From contig LPNZ01003549.1 of NCBI GenBank assembly GCA_001655205.1, positions 6,003 to 70,002 on the forward strand: a stretch of DNA of 64,000 nucleotides, read 5' to 3'. Both the position numbers and the translations under genes were made by a program. Positions within the stretch are counted from its first letter, which is position 1; every line of letters starts with the position of its first letter. The DNA comes from Lenisia limosa (lineage: Eukaryota; Protista; Breviatea). Positions 62,171 to 64,000 of the stretch are shown one piece after another. The notes below the pieces were generated by a model that saw nothing but the letters and a program-made list of their open reading frames with translations, had not been told where the DNA came from and made no database searches.

Positions 62171-62429
62171 CTTCTCGTCGGGAACTGTCGATATTTGAGT
62201 TTATTTTAATGGAATATTTTCTTTCATTGGCACAAGTTAATATTATTTTGAAAGGTGACTATACACTTATCAGAACGCCTCGCATTTATTGATGGCGGAG
62301 CATCTAAATGGTCAAAATAGTTTTTTAGTGGAAACTACTGGCATCCACCAACCCCATGAGTGTTAATGGGTTTCCGTGGTAAGCTGATGGAGTGAAGCTA
62401 AAGATCTTGGAGCTGATGCTATTGCGATA

Positions 62430-64000
62430 CTAGGACTGTCACAAGGTCGAAACATAATCAACACTCAAAATTCAAATTGTCCTAACGTTTTCAGCTGCTT
62501 CAGTGGATTCTGCAAGCAGGGCAATATTGGCATCTGATAACACCCCTTGATAGTGGCCAATCTTGAAGATAAGAAAATAGTCCAAGGGATAACTCTCTCC
62601 CACTCACCTGCCCAATTTGCATTTCAGGGTCAAAACCATGGGAAAAAGTGGTCCAACTAGCAGCTGTATTCCAATGACCTCCAGTGTTGGACAGCTAAAG
62701 TGTTATAAAAAAAACCCTCCGACTCACATATCTTTGGGTAGTTCCAGGAAGGGAAAGTCCAGAAAGATCCGCTATCTTTACTCCATTAACATAAAACACG
62801 GCAGTACCCGCATTTGACCAAGACAGGGCAAAATGGTTCCATTCTGTTACTAAAAACAATAAGAACAGGAACGCAAATACACTCACAATCCAGGGCAGCT
62901 GGCAGAGGAACAGTTTTTGACTGAATTTGAAACTCCCAAAGATCCTTGTGATAAAAAACGGTACACACTAAGTACCAACTCTCCAAATCCTTGCGTAAGT
63001 GTGAAAACTTTCATTATCAGCCCGAATAGCAAACAAATGTGCAAGTGCTTGGCTGTTCTCAAGTGAGGTGTACCGCATCCTGATCTGAAATATGTAAGGT
63101 TGGGTTGAATAATAGTAATATTTGATGCTGCAAATGAGATTAGTAAGGAGTATCTATTATTTCACCACGCATCAAATCAGATTAAACTAGGAGTGACGCA
63201 AACCTCAATTGTCGCTGACTGGTACACTACTCCTGATACAGAGGCATGATTAACAACACTGCACCATGTATGCTGAGAATGTCCTCTACAATGTGAAGAA
63301 ATTACCCACAGGCTTACCTTACACCCAAAGTCTGACTTTTTACATAAACGGGGGTACCACACACATTCTCCGAAAGGTAGACCGTGCAAACCTAATAGAA
63401 GTCAGTATGAATTAGTCCTACTCTCGCCATAAGCCCACAGCCACGAAGATCGTCTTTGACAGGGACGGCGAGCACGGACCCAATAACACCATCCAGAGAA
63501 TAGGTGAAACCGGGAGTTTCAGGGTGAACAGCTTCAAACTACACTGTGAGAAGAACACTTTTGCTGCCTTGTACCCCTAATACGATTATCGATGTTGATG
63601 AATCTCTTGGGAGGCCAGTTATGTCAAATTTTAACTCTCCCGGCAGCACTGAATGAAGCGTCACAAGTTGTAACGTGTTAATAAAACTAAAAGCTAAAAC
63701 GTTAACAATGGCAGTAACAGGCCACCTTGTGAGATAGAAGACTCAACAAAGCCCTGACTGGCCAATTCCGAGCTGGATACCGAAGTCAAGGGAGCTGTTC
63801 CATGAAGTTCCCCTGCTTTGGAAATGTGGAGAACTGCTACCACGAACTGGAACTGGAACAGGCCTGGAAGAGTCAGAGGGCAGACATTTACCCCCCCCCC
63901 CTTTTGCAATCAAACTGATTGTTTTGTTGCTTGCATTTCTCAACATAATCCCCACTATGCCCATATGCCACAGTAATCACCAACCAACACACAAATCCAC
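62430..64000 (-). CDS. Partial gene ending in a LamG/concanavalin-A-like domain; 5' end outside the window
   Basis: TEWNHFALSWSNAGTAVFYVNGVKI and GVLSDANIALLA are typical LamG/pentraxin-like strands. Upstream exons are Cys-containing and beta-rich. Confidence 0.6.

Noticed and set aside
62745-62765. GGGAAAGTCC resembling the RNase P/MRP CR-I motif
   Set aside because: It is the antisense of a coding exon of the LamG-domain gene, and the other conserved regions are missing.
1-64000. Reassigned stop codons or a non-standard genetic code
   Set aside because: Every apparent in-frame stop in the conserved genes I traced was removed by a canonical GT-AG intron, and the tRNA found has an ordinary CUG anticodon.

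Overview
Gene-dense, intron-rich eukaryotic DNA from a draft assembly with nine N-gaps. The host is probably a protist, but I cannot identify the species. It uses the standard genetic code and GT-AG introns of mostly about 27-60 nt, so the ORF track shows only exon fragments. All gene models below were spliced by hand and their outer coordinates are approximate. Genes in order: PIG-B (partial), TERT, a WD40 protein, a coiled-coil/PAM2-like protein, a sirtuin, CHD1L/ALC1 with an extra BRCT-like domain, TRM61, an F-box protein, a beta-oxidation locus, an adenylyl-cyclase-like gene, unknown exons around tRNA-Gln(CUG), TAF5, RAD23, SGT1, OXA1, PNISR-like and a LamG-domain protein (partial). Two results stand out. 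First, hydratase/dehydrogenase and thiolase appear to splice in frame into one trifunctional beta-oxidation polypeptide. Second, an M1-C1-M2-C2 adenylyl-cyclase-like protein has lost every canonical catalytic residue in both domains and appears to carry a disordered tail of more than 500 aa. Several small mobile elements sit inside introns: a hAT-like MITE with 8-bp target-site duplications, a 586-bp foldback element and an ~80-bp dispersed repeat.
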